DNA of 64,000 nt. Source: an uncultured bacterium. GTDB taxonomy: Bacteria; Bacillota_I; Bacilli_A; RFN20; CAG-826. The notes under the pieces were generated by a model. The model made no database searches, was not told the DNA's origin, and saw only the letters and a list, made by a program, of their open reading frames with translations. The stretch spans positions 4,924 through 68,923 of the forward strand of contig CASFZJ010000002.1 in assembly GCA_949299165.1 (NCBI GenBank), read 5' to 3'. Made by a program: the position numbers and the translations under genes. This document shows positions 9,472 through 19,738 of this stretch, piece after piece. Each line of letters starts with the position of its first letter. Position 1 is the stretch's first letter.

Positions 9472-12400
9472 CTATGACAATAAGAATTTAATATCTTCAT
9501 CGCTTAGTGAAACAACGCCCTTTTCACCTTCACCAATAAATTTATCCATCAAATCTTTCTTGGCTTCCTGAAGTTTAATGACTTTTTCTTCAATGGTGTC
9601 TTTGCAAATCATTTTGATGACATTTACAGTTCGTGTTTGACCGATTCTGTGCGCTCTGTCACTGGCTTGATTTTCAGCTGCAACGTTCCACCAAGGATCA
9701 AGATGAATAATAATATCTGCGCCGATTAAGTTTAAACCAGTTCCGCCAGCTTTTAAAGATATTAAAAACACTTTTGTGTCATCTTTTTTGTTAAACTCTT
9801 CACACATCTTTAAACGGTCACTTGCTTTTGTTTGTCCATATATATAATAAGTTTTTATTTCCTCTTCCTTAAGCATTTCGAGTAAATGTTCTAAGGATTT
9901 TGTAAAACTTGAGAAAATAAGCACTTTGTGCCCATCGTTTATGGCATCTTTTATTAAAGAAATGGCTGCTTCAAGTTTTTCGCTTACATCATCATAATTT
10001 TCTAGAAACATCGATGGATCAAGACAAATTTGTCTTAAACGAGTTAAGGCACGCAAAATTAAGAACTTATTTTTATCATTATCTTCATCTTCAAATGTCT
10101 TTTTAGCATCTAACAAATATGAGTCATAAAGTTCGGATTGTTTTTCATTCATTTTAACAACATAACTTGTTTCAATTTTTGGTGGTAAGTCTTTTAAAAC
10201 GTCTTTTTTCACTCTTCGCAAAATAAATGGAGCGATACGACCTTGAAGACGTTTTTCAGTTAATTCATCTTTATCTAAAATTGCGTTTTCAAATTCTTCT
10301 TTAAAATGAGAGTAACTATATAAATAACCTGGCATTAAAAAATCAAATATAGACCATAAATCAGCTAAAGAATTTTCAATTGGTGTGCCAGTAAGGACGA
10401 ATTTAGTTTTTGCAACAAGTTGTTTTGTAGCCATTGTTTTTTGAGCGTGTGAATTTTTAATATATTGTGCTTCGTCTAAAACAAGTAAATTGTAAGCAAC
10501 TTGTGAATAAATATCTAAATCATTTCTTAATGAATCATAAGTTGTGATGAAAACAGCTTTTTTATTGTTTTTTAAATTTTTAAGAATTTCTAAACGTGCT
10601 TCTTTATTTCCACTTACAACATAAGTTTTTATTGAATCATCCCACATTTTAAATTCATGTTCCCGGTTAAAAATTAAACTTTTTGGGGAGATGATTAAAA
10701 TTGGTTCTTCTTCTTTAAGTGAGGTGATAAAACTAATCATTTCAAGAGTTTTACCTAGTCCCATATCATCAGCTAAAATTCCAGAAAGATTGTATTTTCT
10801 TAAAATTGACATCCATTTAAAAGCGTCAATTTGATAATTTCTTAAGATGTTTTTATAGCGTGAATCAGGTAAAAACCCTGCAGTTCTAAACTCTTTTACT
10901 TCATTTAAAATGTTTTTAATCTTTTCATCCATATTAATATCTAAAGAATCTTTATAAGAATTTACTTTAAATATTTCATAAAGAGGGACTTCTATTTCAT
11001 CATTATCGATTGAAAAATCATCACTTAAAGAGTTAAGTAAAGCGACGTCTTCATCACTAAGTGTGACAATTGAATTGTCTTTTAAACGAATGAATTTCTT
11101 TTTTCTTTTGTATTTTGCTAAAATTTCTTTAATTTGTTCGTCACTTAATTCATTTGAATGAAGTTTTAAAGCGAGCCAATCTTGTTTTAAAACTGAAGTT
11201 AAATTAAATTTAATTTTCTTACGATTTTTAATGCGCGTTAATTCATCACTTAAATAAATTTCATAGTAATTTTTGATGTCGCTAATATCATCAGTTAAAA
11301 AATCAACGATGATATTTTCATCTTCAATTTTTCCTTCTTCAATTAAGTTATGGTCTTTTAAAGTTCTTTCAGCGTCAAGTAAATATTTTTGATAATCTTC
11401 GTTTTCAAAAAGATCAACTTTAGTAACTTCTTCATCTTTTAAGTAATATCTAGTTTTGACTAGAAGATCGTTGTCTCTAGTAAGTTCAGCAAAATATTTA
11501 AATTTTAAATTTGAATCGAATAATTTTGATAAAAGTCTTGGCGAAACTTTGGCTTGATTCTTAACGCGTGGTGCCAAATTATTTTTAATTAAATCTTTCA
11601 CCATTTCAAAAGGATAATTTGGATTTTGAACTGTAAATAGGAAGAGTCTTCTTGTAAATTCGTTCACAAATTTTAAATAACTAACGTGATATTCAACTTC
11701 ATCTATTTTTTCAATTATGAGAAGAGCATTACCATCAAGATATAATCTTGTTGATTCATTGAGTTTTAAATCGGGTTGAAAAGTGAGCTCTCCATTTTCG
11801 CTAATTTCGTAATATCCATCTTCAAATTTTTGATATTGAATTATGGCTGGCTTATAAAAACTTGCGCTATAATCGGATTTATTCCGTGCCACCTCTTGTT
11901 TTGCAATAGTTATGTCGTTTGTTAAACAAAAATCTAATAAAGAAATAATTTGTTCAAGATTTAGAGCTTCATAGTAAAATGAATCGCTAGTAAGGACAGT
12001 AAATGAATTTATTAAGTGAATAAGTTTTTGACTTACTTCGTCAAAATTTTCTTCAGAAAAATCAATGTTTTTCTTTTCGCTTACATATTTTCTTGAAACT
12101 TTTTCAGAAAGCTTATAATATTCTAAATTTTTCGCAACAACTTTATTTGTTTGTAAATCTAAAATATCAAAACTAGCATGAAAATTTAAAGAATAATAAT
12201 ATAAGCCGGCACCAATTGAAATATTAAGTTTAATCTTATATGAGTGCTTAGTTTCGGAAGTCGTTTTACTTTCTTTAGGTAAGTTATTTAAAAACTCTAA
12301 AAATTTATTTCGTTTTTCATAAATTTGTCTAGCTTTTAAATTATCGCCTTCAAAATAAACGATATTTTCATTAATATCCTTGTAAAACTTAACTTTTTCT

Positions 12401-12690
12401 TCAGAATTTAAGTTTTGATATTTAGAAACAATATAGGCTAATAAAGCATTTGCTTTTGTAGGCGCGCTTCTTTCTTTCAATCCAGAAAATGGTGAAATTG
12501 AGAAATATACCACTACATCATCATCAAGATATGTAAAATAATAATTTAAGTTCTTTTTTATTGCGTAACAATAAATATCACTGCTTAATTCATCATATCT
12601 AAAATAAATGTCATATAGATTAGATTCTAAATCACATAATAATTTATTATCGCATGAATAGCTTGAAACAAAGGCAAAGTCAAAATACAT
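9472..12690 (-). CDS. SNF2-family helicase/ATPase
   Basis: LADDMGLGKT, DEAQYIKN, TGTPIEN, LKAGGTGLNL, QASDRAHRIGQ. Confidence 0.95.
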   Translation of the reverse strand: MYFDFAFVSSYSCDNKLLCDLESNLYDIYFRYDELSSDIYCYAIKKNLNYYFTYLDDDVVVYFSISPFSGLKERSAPTKANALLAYIVSKYQNLNSEEKVKFYKDINENIVYFEGDNLKARQIYEKRNKFLEFLNNLPKESKTTSETKHSYKIKLNISIGAGLYYYSLNFHASFDILDLQTNKVVAKNLEYYKLSEKVSRKYVSEKKNIDFSEENFDEVSQKLIHLINSFTVLTSDSFYYEALNLEQIISLLDFCLTNDITIAKQEVARNKSDYSASFYKPAIIQYQKFEDGYYEISENGELTFQPDLKLNESTRLYLDGNALLIIEKIDEVEYHVSYLKFVNEFTRRLFLFTVQNPNYPFEMVKDLIKNNLAPRVKNQAKVSPRLLSKLFDSNLKFKYFAELTRDNDLLVKTRYYLKDEEVTKVDLFENEDYQKYLLDAERTLKDHNLIEEGKIEDENIIVDFLTDDISDIKNYYEIYLSDELTRIKNRKKIKFNLTSVLKQDWLALKLHSNELSDEQIKEILAKYKRKKKFIRLKDNSIVTLSDEDVALLNSLSDDFSIDNDEIEVPLYEIFKVNSYKDSLDINMDEKIKNILNEVKEFRTAGFLPDSRYKNILRNYQIDAFKWMSILRKYNLSGILADDMGLGKTLEMISFITSLKEEEPILIISPKSLIFNREHEFKMWDDSIKTYVVSGNKEARLEILKNLKNNKKAVFITTYDSLRNDLDIYSQVAYNLLVLDEAQYIKNSHAQKTMATKQLVAKTKFVLTGTPIENSLADLWSIFDFLMPGYLYSYSHFKEEFENAILDKDELTEKRLQGRIAPFILRRVKKDVLKDLPPKIETSYVVKMNEKQSELYDSYLLDAKKTFEDEDNDKNKFLILRALTRLRQICLDPSMFLENYDDVSEKLEAAISLIKDAINDGHKVLIFSSFTKSLEHLLEMLKEEEIKTYYIYGQTKASDRLKMCEEFNKKDDTKVFLISLKAGGTGLNLIGADIIIHLDPWWNVAAENQASDRAHRIGQTRTVNVIKMICKDTIEEKVIKLQEAKKDLMDKFIGEGEKGVVSLSDEDIKFLLS

Positions 12691-12691
12691 A

Positions 12692-13513
12692 TTATTGGTA
12701 CCTCACAAAGCCTTTCTTGGCGATATTTTCATTGTTACCACTTATAAGTAAGAAAACCTCATTCAATTTTCGATAATCAATGTATTTTTTAACGTTTTCT
12801 TCTTTTATTAACATTTCGTATTGAATTCTATCATCTACATAAAGCGAAAGAAGTAAACCATCAATAAAATCTGAAGTAACTGTTTTGCCACATTTTCTTT
12901 TAATAATTTTTACAAGTGCACCAATATAATATTCTGGATAAAGCTTTTTAATAACATATCTAGAATTTAAGAAATAAAAATCATCAATCTTTGTAGATAA
13001 ACTTGTAATACTTTTTTTAGCGCTAGAAAAAATAAAATTATAAGGGCTCTCTGAAGATTTAAATAAATGTTCTAAGTGTACAAATGGAGCATCTATTACA
13101 CCATTATCAGCTAAATTAATAGATTCTGAATAAATCATCATCGCTAGATCATGACTAATGTCGCTCATCAATAATTCTTTAAAGAATTTCAATTTATCTT
13201 CATTAAAAAATGATGATGAATAATAGTACTTAATGTAGTCCGAATCACAATAAGGAGCAAAAAATGTATAAAATCTCATATCAAGTGTAAAACCCCTCTT
13301 GATATATGTTTCCACAAAAGATACTTTATCTTTTAAAAAATACGATTTTGCAACAAAGGTACAATAAAAAAACTCATCGGCATTACTGACGATTCTTTTG
13401 TTTAAAACCTCGTGTTCGAACCATTCAAAACGAAATCGATAATAAGAATCTGCAAAACCATTGACGGCTTTTTCTATTCTTTGTTTTCTTTCGGGAGATA
13501 CATTAATTTGCAT
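12692..13513 (-). CDS. Hypothetical protein, probably co-transcribed with the SNF2 gene
   Basis: 273-aa ORF abutting the SNF2 start. Confidence 0.7.
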   Translation of the reverse strand: MQINVSPERKQRIEKAVNGFADSYYRFRFEWFEHEVLNKRIVSNADEFFYCTFVAKSYFLKDKVSFVETYIKRGFTLDMRFYTFFAPYCDSDYIKYYYSSSFFNEDKLKFFKELLMSDISHDLAMMIYSESINLADNGVIDAPFVHLEHLFKSSESPYNFIFSSAKKSITSLSTKIDDFYFLNSRYVIKKLYPEYYIGALVKIIKRKCGKTVTSDFIDGLLLSLYVDDRIQYEMLIKEENVKKYIDYRKLNEVFLLISGNNENIAKKGFVRYQ

Positions 13514-13656
13514 AAAAAACTCAACACATTATTTTAATAAAAAAACACTTTTTGAACAACAACTACTATCGAAGTTATAGACCATCATCAACAAGGCCAA
13601 GCAAAAATTTATTTTGTCTTTTTATTGTTCAAATTTTATATATTTTTAAAAGTTTA

Positions 13657-13690
13657 TAAAAAAATGTTGCTCAGTTTGATTGAGCAACAG
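13657..13690 (-). terminator. Intrinsic terminator after tRNA-Arg
   Basis: TGTTGCTCA-7 nt-TGAGCAACA hairpin followed by a T-tract on the minus strand. Confidence 0.75.
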
Positions 13691-13705
13691 CCTTAGTTTG
13701 GTAGT

Positions 13706-13782
13706 TGGTGACCTTGAGGCGACTCGAACGCCTGACCCACAGCTTAGAAGGCTGTTGCTCTATCCAACTGAGCTACAAGGCC
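13706..13782 (-). tRNA. tRNA-Arg(UCU)
   Basis: GGCCTTGTAGCTCAGTTGGATAGAGCAACAGCCT-TCT-AAGCTGTGGGTCAGGCGTTCGAGTCGCCTCAAGGTCACCA; cloverleaf, encoded CCA. Confidence 0.97.
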
Positions 13783-13891
13783 AACTCGTGCCCTAATATT
13801 ATCTCAAACCAAAACCTAAATGTAAATAACAAATTTAAAGAAATTTTAAAGGATTTTTAAAGTGGTTTTTCAGAGAAAAACCCAGCAAAAC

Positions 13892-14677
13892 TTAACTATT
13901 TTCAAATTTTTCAGAAAAAATTACTTCATTTTTCTTTTTTAAATTAAAGAAATTAATAGCTAAAATTACAAAAATAAGTACTATTGGGATCAATAAAATT
14001 AAATTAGGTAATATTGAAAATAGATAGTTTGATTCCTTTTGAAAAACAGGATTTAAGAAATAATAATAAGAAAAGCTTGCACATACTCCTGCTGAGAACG
14101 AAAGAATTAAAAACAAGTAATCGATACCATTTACAAGCTCTTTTTTATCATGTTTTTCTTCAGCGTTAACTAAAGAATGGACCATTCTTTGAAGATTAGC
14201 AGTCATCATTGTAGATGTAAAATTAATGGAGTTCATCTTCCTAAAACTTTCAAGCAAAAAAGCGCCAATTAAAGAAAGGAGTACGTTACCAAAAACATTA
14301 GAAAAACTAAAATCTTTAGCCTCTAATATTGTGCCTACTTGATCAAATTCAACAGGGACAAAAATAATAAATAAAAGAAGAAAAGCGCTTATAAATAGCT
14401 CAATAGGATGATAATCTTTTTGATGTTTAGTACAAAAATATTCAATTAAATTCGCAATCACGAGACCAATAATAAAAGATAATACTGCTATTAAAGAGAT
14501 TCCTAAGCTACTCCGATCTAGTCTAATTAAGTTTGTGAAAATACTGATTAAATTTCCGGTTTGCATTAAAGCAAAATAGCCACGATTAAATAATGAATAA
14601 GTTTCTAAAACTCCACCAATAAAGCCCAAAGTAAGAGCTAACACCAAGCTATATGTTAAATTTTTACTTTTTCTCAT
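13892..14677 (-). CDS. YoaK/DUF1275-family membrane protein
   Basis: FALMQTGNL and STMMTANL motifs, multiple TM segments. Confidence 0.85.
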   Translation of the reverse strand: MRKSKNLTYSLVLALTLGFIGGVLETYSLFNRGYFALMQTGNLISIFTNLIRLDRSSLGISLIAVLSFIIGLVIANLIEYFCTKHQKDYHPIELFISAFLLLFIIFVPVEFDQVGTILEAKDFSFSNVFGNVLLSLIGAFLLESFRKMNSINFTSTMMTANLQRMVHSLVNAEEKHDKKELVNGIDYLFLILSFSAGVCASFSYYYFLNPVFQKESNYLFSILPNLILLIPIVLIFVILAINFFNLKKKNEVIFSEKFENS

Positions 14678-15323
14678 TTAAAAATTCATTAATTTTTTCT
14701 TTTAATTCTTTAACATCTTTGCATACACTATTTGGATTTAACTTTTCAAGTTCATTACTGATTGATGGATCGTTATAGGTAACACTAATGATATCCACAC
14801 CAATTACCTTACATTGTTCAACATCACTAATTGTGTCGCCAACATAAATCAATTCTTCAGGTTTAAAATTATGGTTATCGCAAATTTCTTTTAAACGCTT
14901 TGTTTTTACTGCTCCTTCTAATCCACCAGTGTAAACACATTTAAAGTATTTGAACGCGTCAAGTTTAACCAAGGAAATCATAGTTGTTTCTTTTGAACGG
15001 CCGGTTAATAGATAAACAGGTATATTTTTCTTATTTAACTCTTCCAAAATTTCTCTAATGCCAGGAATAAAGTCTTTTAACATTTCATCATGAAATTCAT
15101 AATATTTTTCTAGATAACGATAAAAACATTTCTTCGCATCACCTTTATTAGAAATAATTTTGTTAATTATTCCTTCTTCAGTTGGCCCCATAATACTTTT
15201 TTGTTCTTCTTCGGTTAAAGGCACATTTCTGAATTCTTGAATTGCTTCAACAATTTTACTAACTACTAGTGGAAACGATAAACATAGCGTTCCATCAAAA
15301 TCAAAAATAACTGCTTTTTTCAT
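14664..15323 (-). CDS. HAD-superfamily hydrolase
   Basis: FDFDGTL motif I, LLTGR, YVGDTISD. Confidence 0.9.
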   Translation of the reverse strand: MKKAVIFDFDGTLCLSFPLVVSKIVEAIQEFRNVPLTEEEQKSIMGPTEEGIINKIISNKGDAKKCFYRYLEKYYEFHDEMLKDFIPGIREILEELNKKNIPVYLLTGRSKETTMISLVKLDAFKYFKCVYTGGLEGAVKTKRLKEICDNHNFKPEELIYVGDTISDVEQCKVIGVDIISVTYNDPSISNELEKLNPNSVCKDVKELKEKINEFLNEKK

Positions 15324-15506
15324 AAAAATCTCACTTACTCAATAATTATAATGATTCACGAGTTTATGCTCTATAAAATTTTCAAAAATTAATAATTAAA
15401 TAAACAATGAAACTTAAAATAATTTAGACTCAATTTTTTTGACAAACTATCTTGTAAATTTATTTAACTCGAATACAATAATTATTGTATTTAAAGGAGA
15501 TTTTTT

Positions 15507-15941
15507 ATGTTTATATCAAAGAAAAGACTTATCGCTCTATCTTCCATAATAATCTCTGTAATAATTTTCGCCTTCCTTGGTACGGCCTGCTATCGCTATA
15601 CTGGTTTTATCACTAAAGGTGATTTTTATTCAAGTTACGATTTTGGATTTGGCGGTAATGTTATTATTGAATCATTCAATATTATTTTAGTTGTTGTTTG
15701 TGCCATTTTACTTGCATTAAACCTTTTAGCTTTTTTTGTTGAAAAAGTAAATGAAAAACCACTTGCAATAACCAACTTAGTGTTATGGGTAATCGTTTTA
15801 GCTTTTGCGATTTGCGCAATGTGCTCCAAATATGTGAACGAAAGCTATAACCCAACAATTTCAATTACATTTGTAATGCTCCTTTCTCTTATTGGTTTAA
15901 TTTCAAGTTTTGCTCCATTATTTATTCAAGATAAAGATTAA
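15507..15941 (+). CDS. Small multi-pass membrane protein
   Basis: AAAGGAG RBS, four hydrophobic segments. Confidence 0.75.
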   Translation: MFISKKRLIALSSIIISVIIFAFLGTACYRYTGFITKGDFYSSYDFGFGGNVIIESFNIILVVVCAILLALNLLAFFVEKVNEKPLAITNLVLWVIVLAFAICAMCSKYVNESYNPTISITFVMLLSLIGLISSFAPLFIQDKD

Positions 15942-15960
15942 AATGTTTTATTAAAAAACT

Positions 15961-15991
15961 AAAAAACTCGAGGCAAATCCTCGAGTTTTTT
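15961..15991. terminator. Bidirectional intrinsic terminator
   Basis: aaaaaactcgagg-caaat-cctcgagtttttt between convergent genes. Confidence 0.85.
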
Positions 15992-16010
15992 GATGTCAAT
16001 TTAATTTAGC

Positions 16011-16361
16011 TTATTTAGCGTTTTTAGCAAGTGTAACGAGTTCGCTGAATCCTTTTGGATCATGAATTGCGATTTCACTTAACATTTTTCTGTTAAGATC
16101 GATTTTAGCGACTTTTAAACCATGCATAAACTTTGAATAGGAGATGTCGTTTAATCTGCAAGCAGCATTAATTCTTTTAATCCAAAGTTTTCTGAAGTCT
16201 CTCTTAATATTTCTTCTATCAATGTAAGCGTATCTTTTTGAACGCATTACTTGTTCTTTAGCTGTTTTGAAAAGAAGATGTTTGCTGCCAAAGTAACCTT
16301 TAGCTTGTTTTAAAATCTTTTTTCTTCTTAAATGTGTAACTTTACCACCTTTTACTCTCAT
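16011..16361 (-). CDS. rplT: 50S ribosomal protein L20
   Basis: MRVKGG...AKGYFG...[11 protein letters not shown]. Confidence 0.98.
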   Translation of the reverse strand: MRVKGGKVTHLRRKKILKQAKGYFGSKHLLFKTAKEQVMRSKRYAYIDRRNIKRDFRKLWIKRINAACRLNDISYSKFMHGLKVAKIDLNRKMLSEIAIHDPKGFSELVTLAKNAK

Positions 16362-16376
16362 GACGATTACCTCCTA

Positions 16377-16571
16377 CTATTGTTGAATGAGATATTTAAT
16401 TCTCTTCATATCTGCACTTGATACAGATGTTTCTTTTCTAAGATGTCTTTTTTGTTTATGTGTTTTATGAGGTGCTAAATGGCTGACATAAGCGTGGTGT
16501 CTTCTGACTTTTCCACTTCCTGTTACTTTAACTCTTTTTGTTAAAGCTTTTTTACTTTTCATTTTTGGCAT
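16377..16571 (-). CDS. rpmI: 50S ribosomal protein L35
   Basis: MPKMKSKK...VTGSGK; lies between infC and rplT. Confidence 0.97.
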   Translation of the reverse strand: MPKMKSKKALTKRVKVTGSGKVRRHHAYVSHLAPHKTHKQKRHLRKETSVSSADMKRIKYLIQQ

Positions 16572-16597
16572 ATATAATCTCTCCTTTATAAACTAAC

Positions 16598-17164
16598 TTA
16601 TTTCTTTGGTTTACTTGCAAGAACACAAGTGAGCCATCTGCCATCTAATGTAGGTTTTTTCTCTACATTAGAATAGTCTTTCACGTATTCAAGGAACTTA
16701 TTCATCGTTTCATCGCCAATTTCGGTGTGAGACATTTGTCTTCCTTTGAAACGAACACCAACTTTTACTTTGTTTCCATCTTCAAGAAATTTAATAGCAG
16801 CTTTGACCTTTGTTTCAAGATCATGAAGTCCTATTTGTGGAGTAAGTTGAATTTCCTTAAGTTCGATAATTTTTTGATTCTTCTTAGCTTCTTTAGCTTT
16901 CTTTTGCGCCTCAAATTTGTATTTTCCATAATTAAGGATTTTACAAACTGGTGGATTTGCTTGTGGTGCAACACAAAGTAAGTCTAAATCCATACTTTCC
17001 GCTTTTTTATAAGCTTCGAAACGTGACATTTTACCGTAACTAGTGCCGTCAGGACCAATTACAAGAACTTCTGGAAATCTAATTTTTTCATTTACAAGAT
17101 CACCGTTATAACGGTCTCTTTTATTTTGTCCAAAATTTGGACGTTCATTGAAGTTTGCTATAAT
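16598..17164 (-). CDS. infC: Translation initiation factor IF-3, non-canonical ATT start inferred
   Basis: NEKIR, PPVCKILNYGKYKFE, GNKVKV; GGAGG RBS followed by in-frame ATT ATA, as is typical for infC. Confidence 0.95.
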   Translation of the reverse strand: MIANFNERPNFGQNKRDRYNGDLVNEKIRFPEVLVIGPDGTSYGKMSRFEAYKKAESMDLDLLCVAPQANPPVCKILNYGKYKFEAQKKAKEAKKNQKIIELKEIQLTPQIGLHDLETKVKAAIKFLEDGNKVKVGVRFKGRQMSHTEIGDETMNKFLEYVKDYSNVEKKPTLDGRWLTCVLASKPKK

Positions 17165-17189
17165 TCTTTCCCTCCCAAAATAGAAACTA

Positions 17190-17306
17190 AAATAAAACGG
17201 GCGCACAATATGCGTCCGTTAATAATCAAATTTTTCTAAATTTAATCATAGCCTTGAACCAATCGACCTAGTCAATCTGGTGAGAAGCGGACGCTCTCTT
17301 TCTACG
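17190..17306 (-). promoter_or_regulatory. L20 leader RNA
   Basis: Minus strand AGAGCGTCCGCTTCTCACC...ACGGACGC...GCGCCCGTTTT upstream of infC, resembling the Bacillota L20 leader; boundaries approximate. Confidence 0.8.
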
Positions 17307-17446
17307 TGCTTAATAATTCTAATCGGTCGAAATAGGTTTGTAAAGAAAAACTTACAAATTTTTGGCACATTTTTCACGATTTTTTTGAGCAAATTTATAT
17401 GAACTTAAAACTTAATATATAAAATTAAGCAAATATTTTCTAACTT

Positions 17447-18607
17447 TTAATCCTTAATAATTTTTAATTCGGCATTTTTTATTGCTTCATCAATTAGTGT
17501 TTCAAAATCAAATTTCTTTTCAATTTCGTAACATTCATCTAGCTTTGGTGATGTTTTTGGTCTAACAGGGGCAAAAATCGTACAGCAATCTTCATATGGT
17601 CTGATTGAAATATCGTATGTGCCAATCTTTTCACTTATTTTAATAATGTCTACTTTATCATAAGTACATAAAGGTCTTAAAATAGGCATATTTGTAACTT
17701 CATTGATAACATTTAATGAATCAATCGTTTGCGAGGCAACTTGTCCAATGCTTTCACCATTTGCTAAACAATTTATTCTTAATTTTCTAGCAAGTCGATC
17801 AGCAATTCTATACATCATTCTTCTCATAATTGTAATTGGATAGCCCTCAATTGATACTTCATATATTTTTTCTTGTATCTTAGTAAAAGGAATTACATAA
17901 AGTTTTATTTTTGTTTGATACTTAGTTAGTTTATGTAAAATATCTTCTAATTTATCGATAACTCCACTATTTGTATATGGAGGTGAAGCATAATGGATGC
18001 AAGTTATATCAACACCTCTTTTAAGTAATAGATATGCTGCAACTGGAGAATCAATTCCACCACTTAACATAACTAAACTTTTCCCGATTGTGCCGCTTGG
18101 ATATCCGCCAATTCCTTTAATTGTTTCAGTAAATAGATAAGCACCATCTTCTCTAATTTCAATATCAAGCAAAACGTCAGGATTATGAACATCCACTCTT
18201 TTTTCAGTATTTTTTAAAACAACTGTTGCAACTTTTCGATTGATTTCATCACTTATATAAGGATAAGATTTATCGATTCTTCTTGTTCTAATTTTAAAAG
18301 TGTTTCCTTTTTCTTTTTTTAAGATATCTAAAGCAACATCTAATATGTTATCTAAATCTTGATCAATTTTTAAAGCGAGTGAAAAAGAATACATTCCACT
18401 AATATCTTTTAACTTATCAACAATATCTGGAATTTCATTTATTAAATTTAAATAGATATGATCGTGGCGCACTACCATTTCATAGTCGTTTTCATTTTCT
18501 CTTAAATTATGTCTTATCGAACGAGCTAAAGAGTTAATAAAGTCTCTTTTATTTTTTCCTTTTGTAGACATTTCGCCAAAGCGAACAATAATTGTGTTGT
18601 ATTCCAT
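17447..18607 (-). CDS. thiI: tRNA 4-thiouridine synthase
   Basis: GEMSTKGKN, LSGGIDSPVA, GQVASQT, PYEDCC. Confidence 0.96.
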   Translation of the reverse strand: MEYNTIIVRFGEMSTKGKNKRDFINSLARSIRHNLRENENDYEMVVRHDHIYLNLINEIPDIVDKLKDISGMYSFSLALKIDQDLDNILDVALDILKKEKGNTFKIRTRRIDKSYPYISDEINRKVATVVLKNTEKRVDVHNPDVLLDIEIREDGAYLFTETIKGIGGYPSGTIGKSLVMLSGGIDSPVAAYLLLKRGVDITCIHYASPPYTNSGVIDKLEDILHKLTKYQTKIKLYVIPFTKIQEKIYEVSIEGYPITIMRRMMYRIADRLARKLRINCLANGESIGQVASQTIDSLNVINEVTNMPILRPLCTYDKVDIIKISEKIGTYDISIRPYEDCCTIFAPVRPKTSPKLDECYEIEKKFDFETLIDEAIKNAELKIIKD

Positions 18608-18610
18608 ATT

Positions 18611-19738
18611 CTAACCTCTGATTGTCGATAAAATTTCTTTAAATATTTCAATAAATTTTTCACATTCTTCAAGTGTCGTATCTTTAGATAAAGATAATCT
18701 TATTGAATTGAACGCTTCTTTCATAGTTTTTCCTAGAGAAAGCAGAACATAAGATGGTTCTTCTTTTTTTGAATTACACGCTGAAACACTTGAACAATAT
18801 ATTTCATGGTTTGATAAAGCTTCAACTATAACGCTAGCTTTCTTGCTTTTTAAAGAAAAATTAATAATGTAAGGAGAACAATTTGAATTACTATTTAAAG
18901 AAACTTCCTCAATTTTACTGAGTTCATTTAACAAAAAACCTTGCAAAACCTTAATATTTTTATAATTTTTATCAAAATTAGCAATTGCATTATTTAATGA
19001 AACATTAAACGAAACAATTGAAGGATAATCAAGTGTGCCGCTTCTTAATCCGTTTTCTTGACCACCACCATAAATAATTGGATTTAGCAAAATTTTCTTT
19101 TTCTTAATTAAAGCGCCAATTCCTTTAATACCATAAATTTTATGAGCGCTGATTGTTATCAAATCAGATAATGAATAATCGAAATTTTCTTTGCCTAAAG
19201 TTTGGGCACAATCGCAATGCAAAACACATTTAGGATATTTTTTGATGATTTCTTTGATATCTTTGACATTTAAGATACATCCAATTTCGTTGTTAACTGG
19301 CATAATTGAAACCAAAATAGTTTGAGAATCAATTATTTTTTCAAATTCATTGACGTTAATCTTTCCATTTTCATCAACATTTAAATAACTAACTTGGAAA
19401 CCTTGAGTTTCTAAATATTTGAAAACATTTAATACACTCTCGTGTTCAATTTTTGTGGTGATTAATTTGTTACCTCTATTTTTATTTCTTAAGGCGTAAC
19501 CAATGATAGCTAAATTATTTGACTCACTAGCCCCACTTGTAAAAATAACTTCATAAGAAGTATCAAGTTTTAGCTTTTTAAGGAAATTGTCTTTTATTCG
19601 ATTAATTTCATTAAAAAGTTTCATGGCTGGACCATGGATGGAGTTAGGGTTATAAAATGAATTTAAGCTCGCTTCATAAAAAGCATCTAAACACTCTTTT
19701 GAAGGCTTAGTACTACTTGCGTTATCTAAATAAATCAT
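18611..19738 (-). CDS. Cysteine desulfurase (IscS/NifZ-like) paired with ThiI
   Basis: IYLDNASST, FTSGASESNN, SAHKIYG, SACNS. Confidence 0.93.
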   Translation of the reverse strand: MIYLDNASSTKPSKECLDAFYEASLNSFYNPNSIHGPAMKLFNEINRIKDNFLKKLKLDTSYEVIFTSGASESNNLAIIGYALRNKNRGNKLITTKIEHESVLNVFKYLETQGFQVSYLNVDENGKINVNEFEKIIDSQTILVSIMPVNNEIGCILNVKDIKEIIKKYPKCVLHCDCAQTLGKENFDYSLSDLITISAHKIYGIKGIGALIKKKKILLNPIIYGGGQENGLRSGTLDYPSIVSFNVSLNNAIANFDKNYKNIKVLQGFLLNELSKIEEVSLNSNSNCSPYIINFSLKSKKASVIVEALSNHEIYCSSVSACNSKKEEPSYVLLSLGKTMKEAFNSIRLSLSKDTTLEECEKFIEIFKEILSTIRG

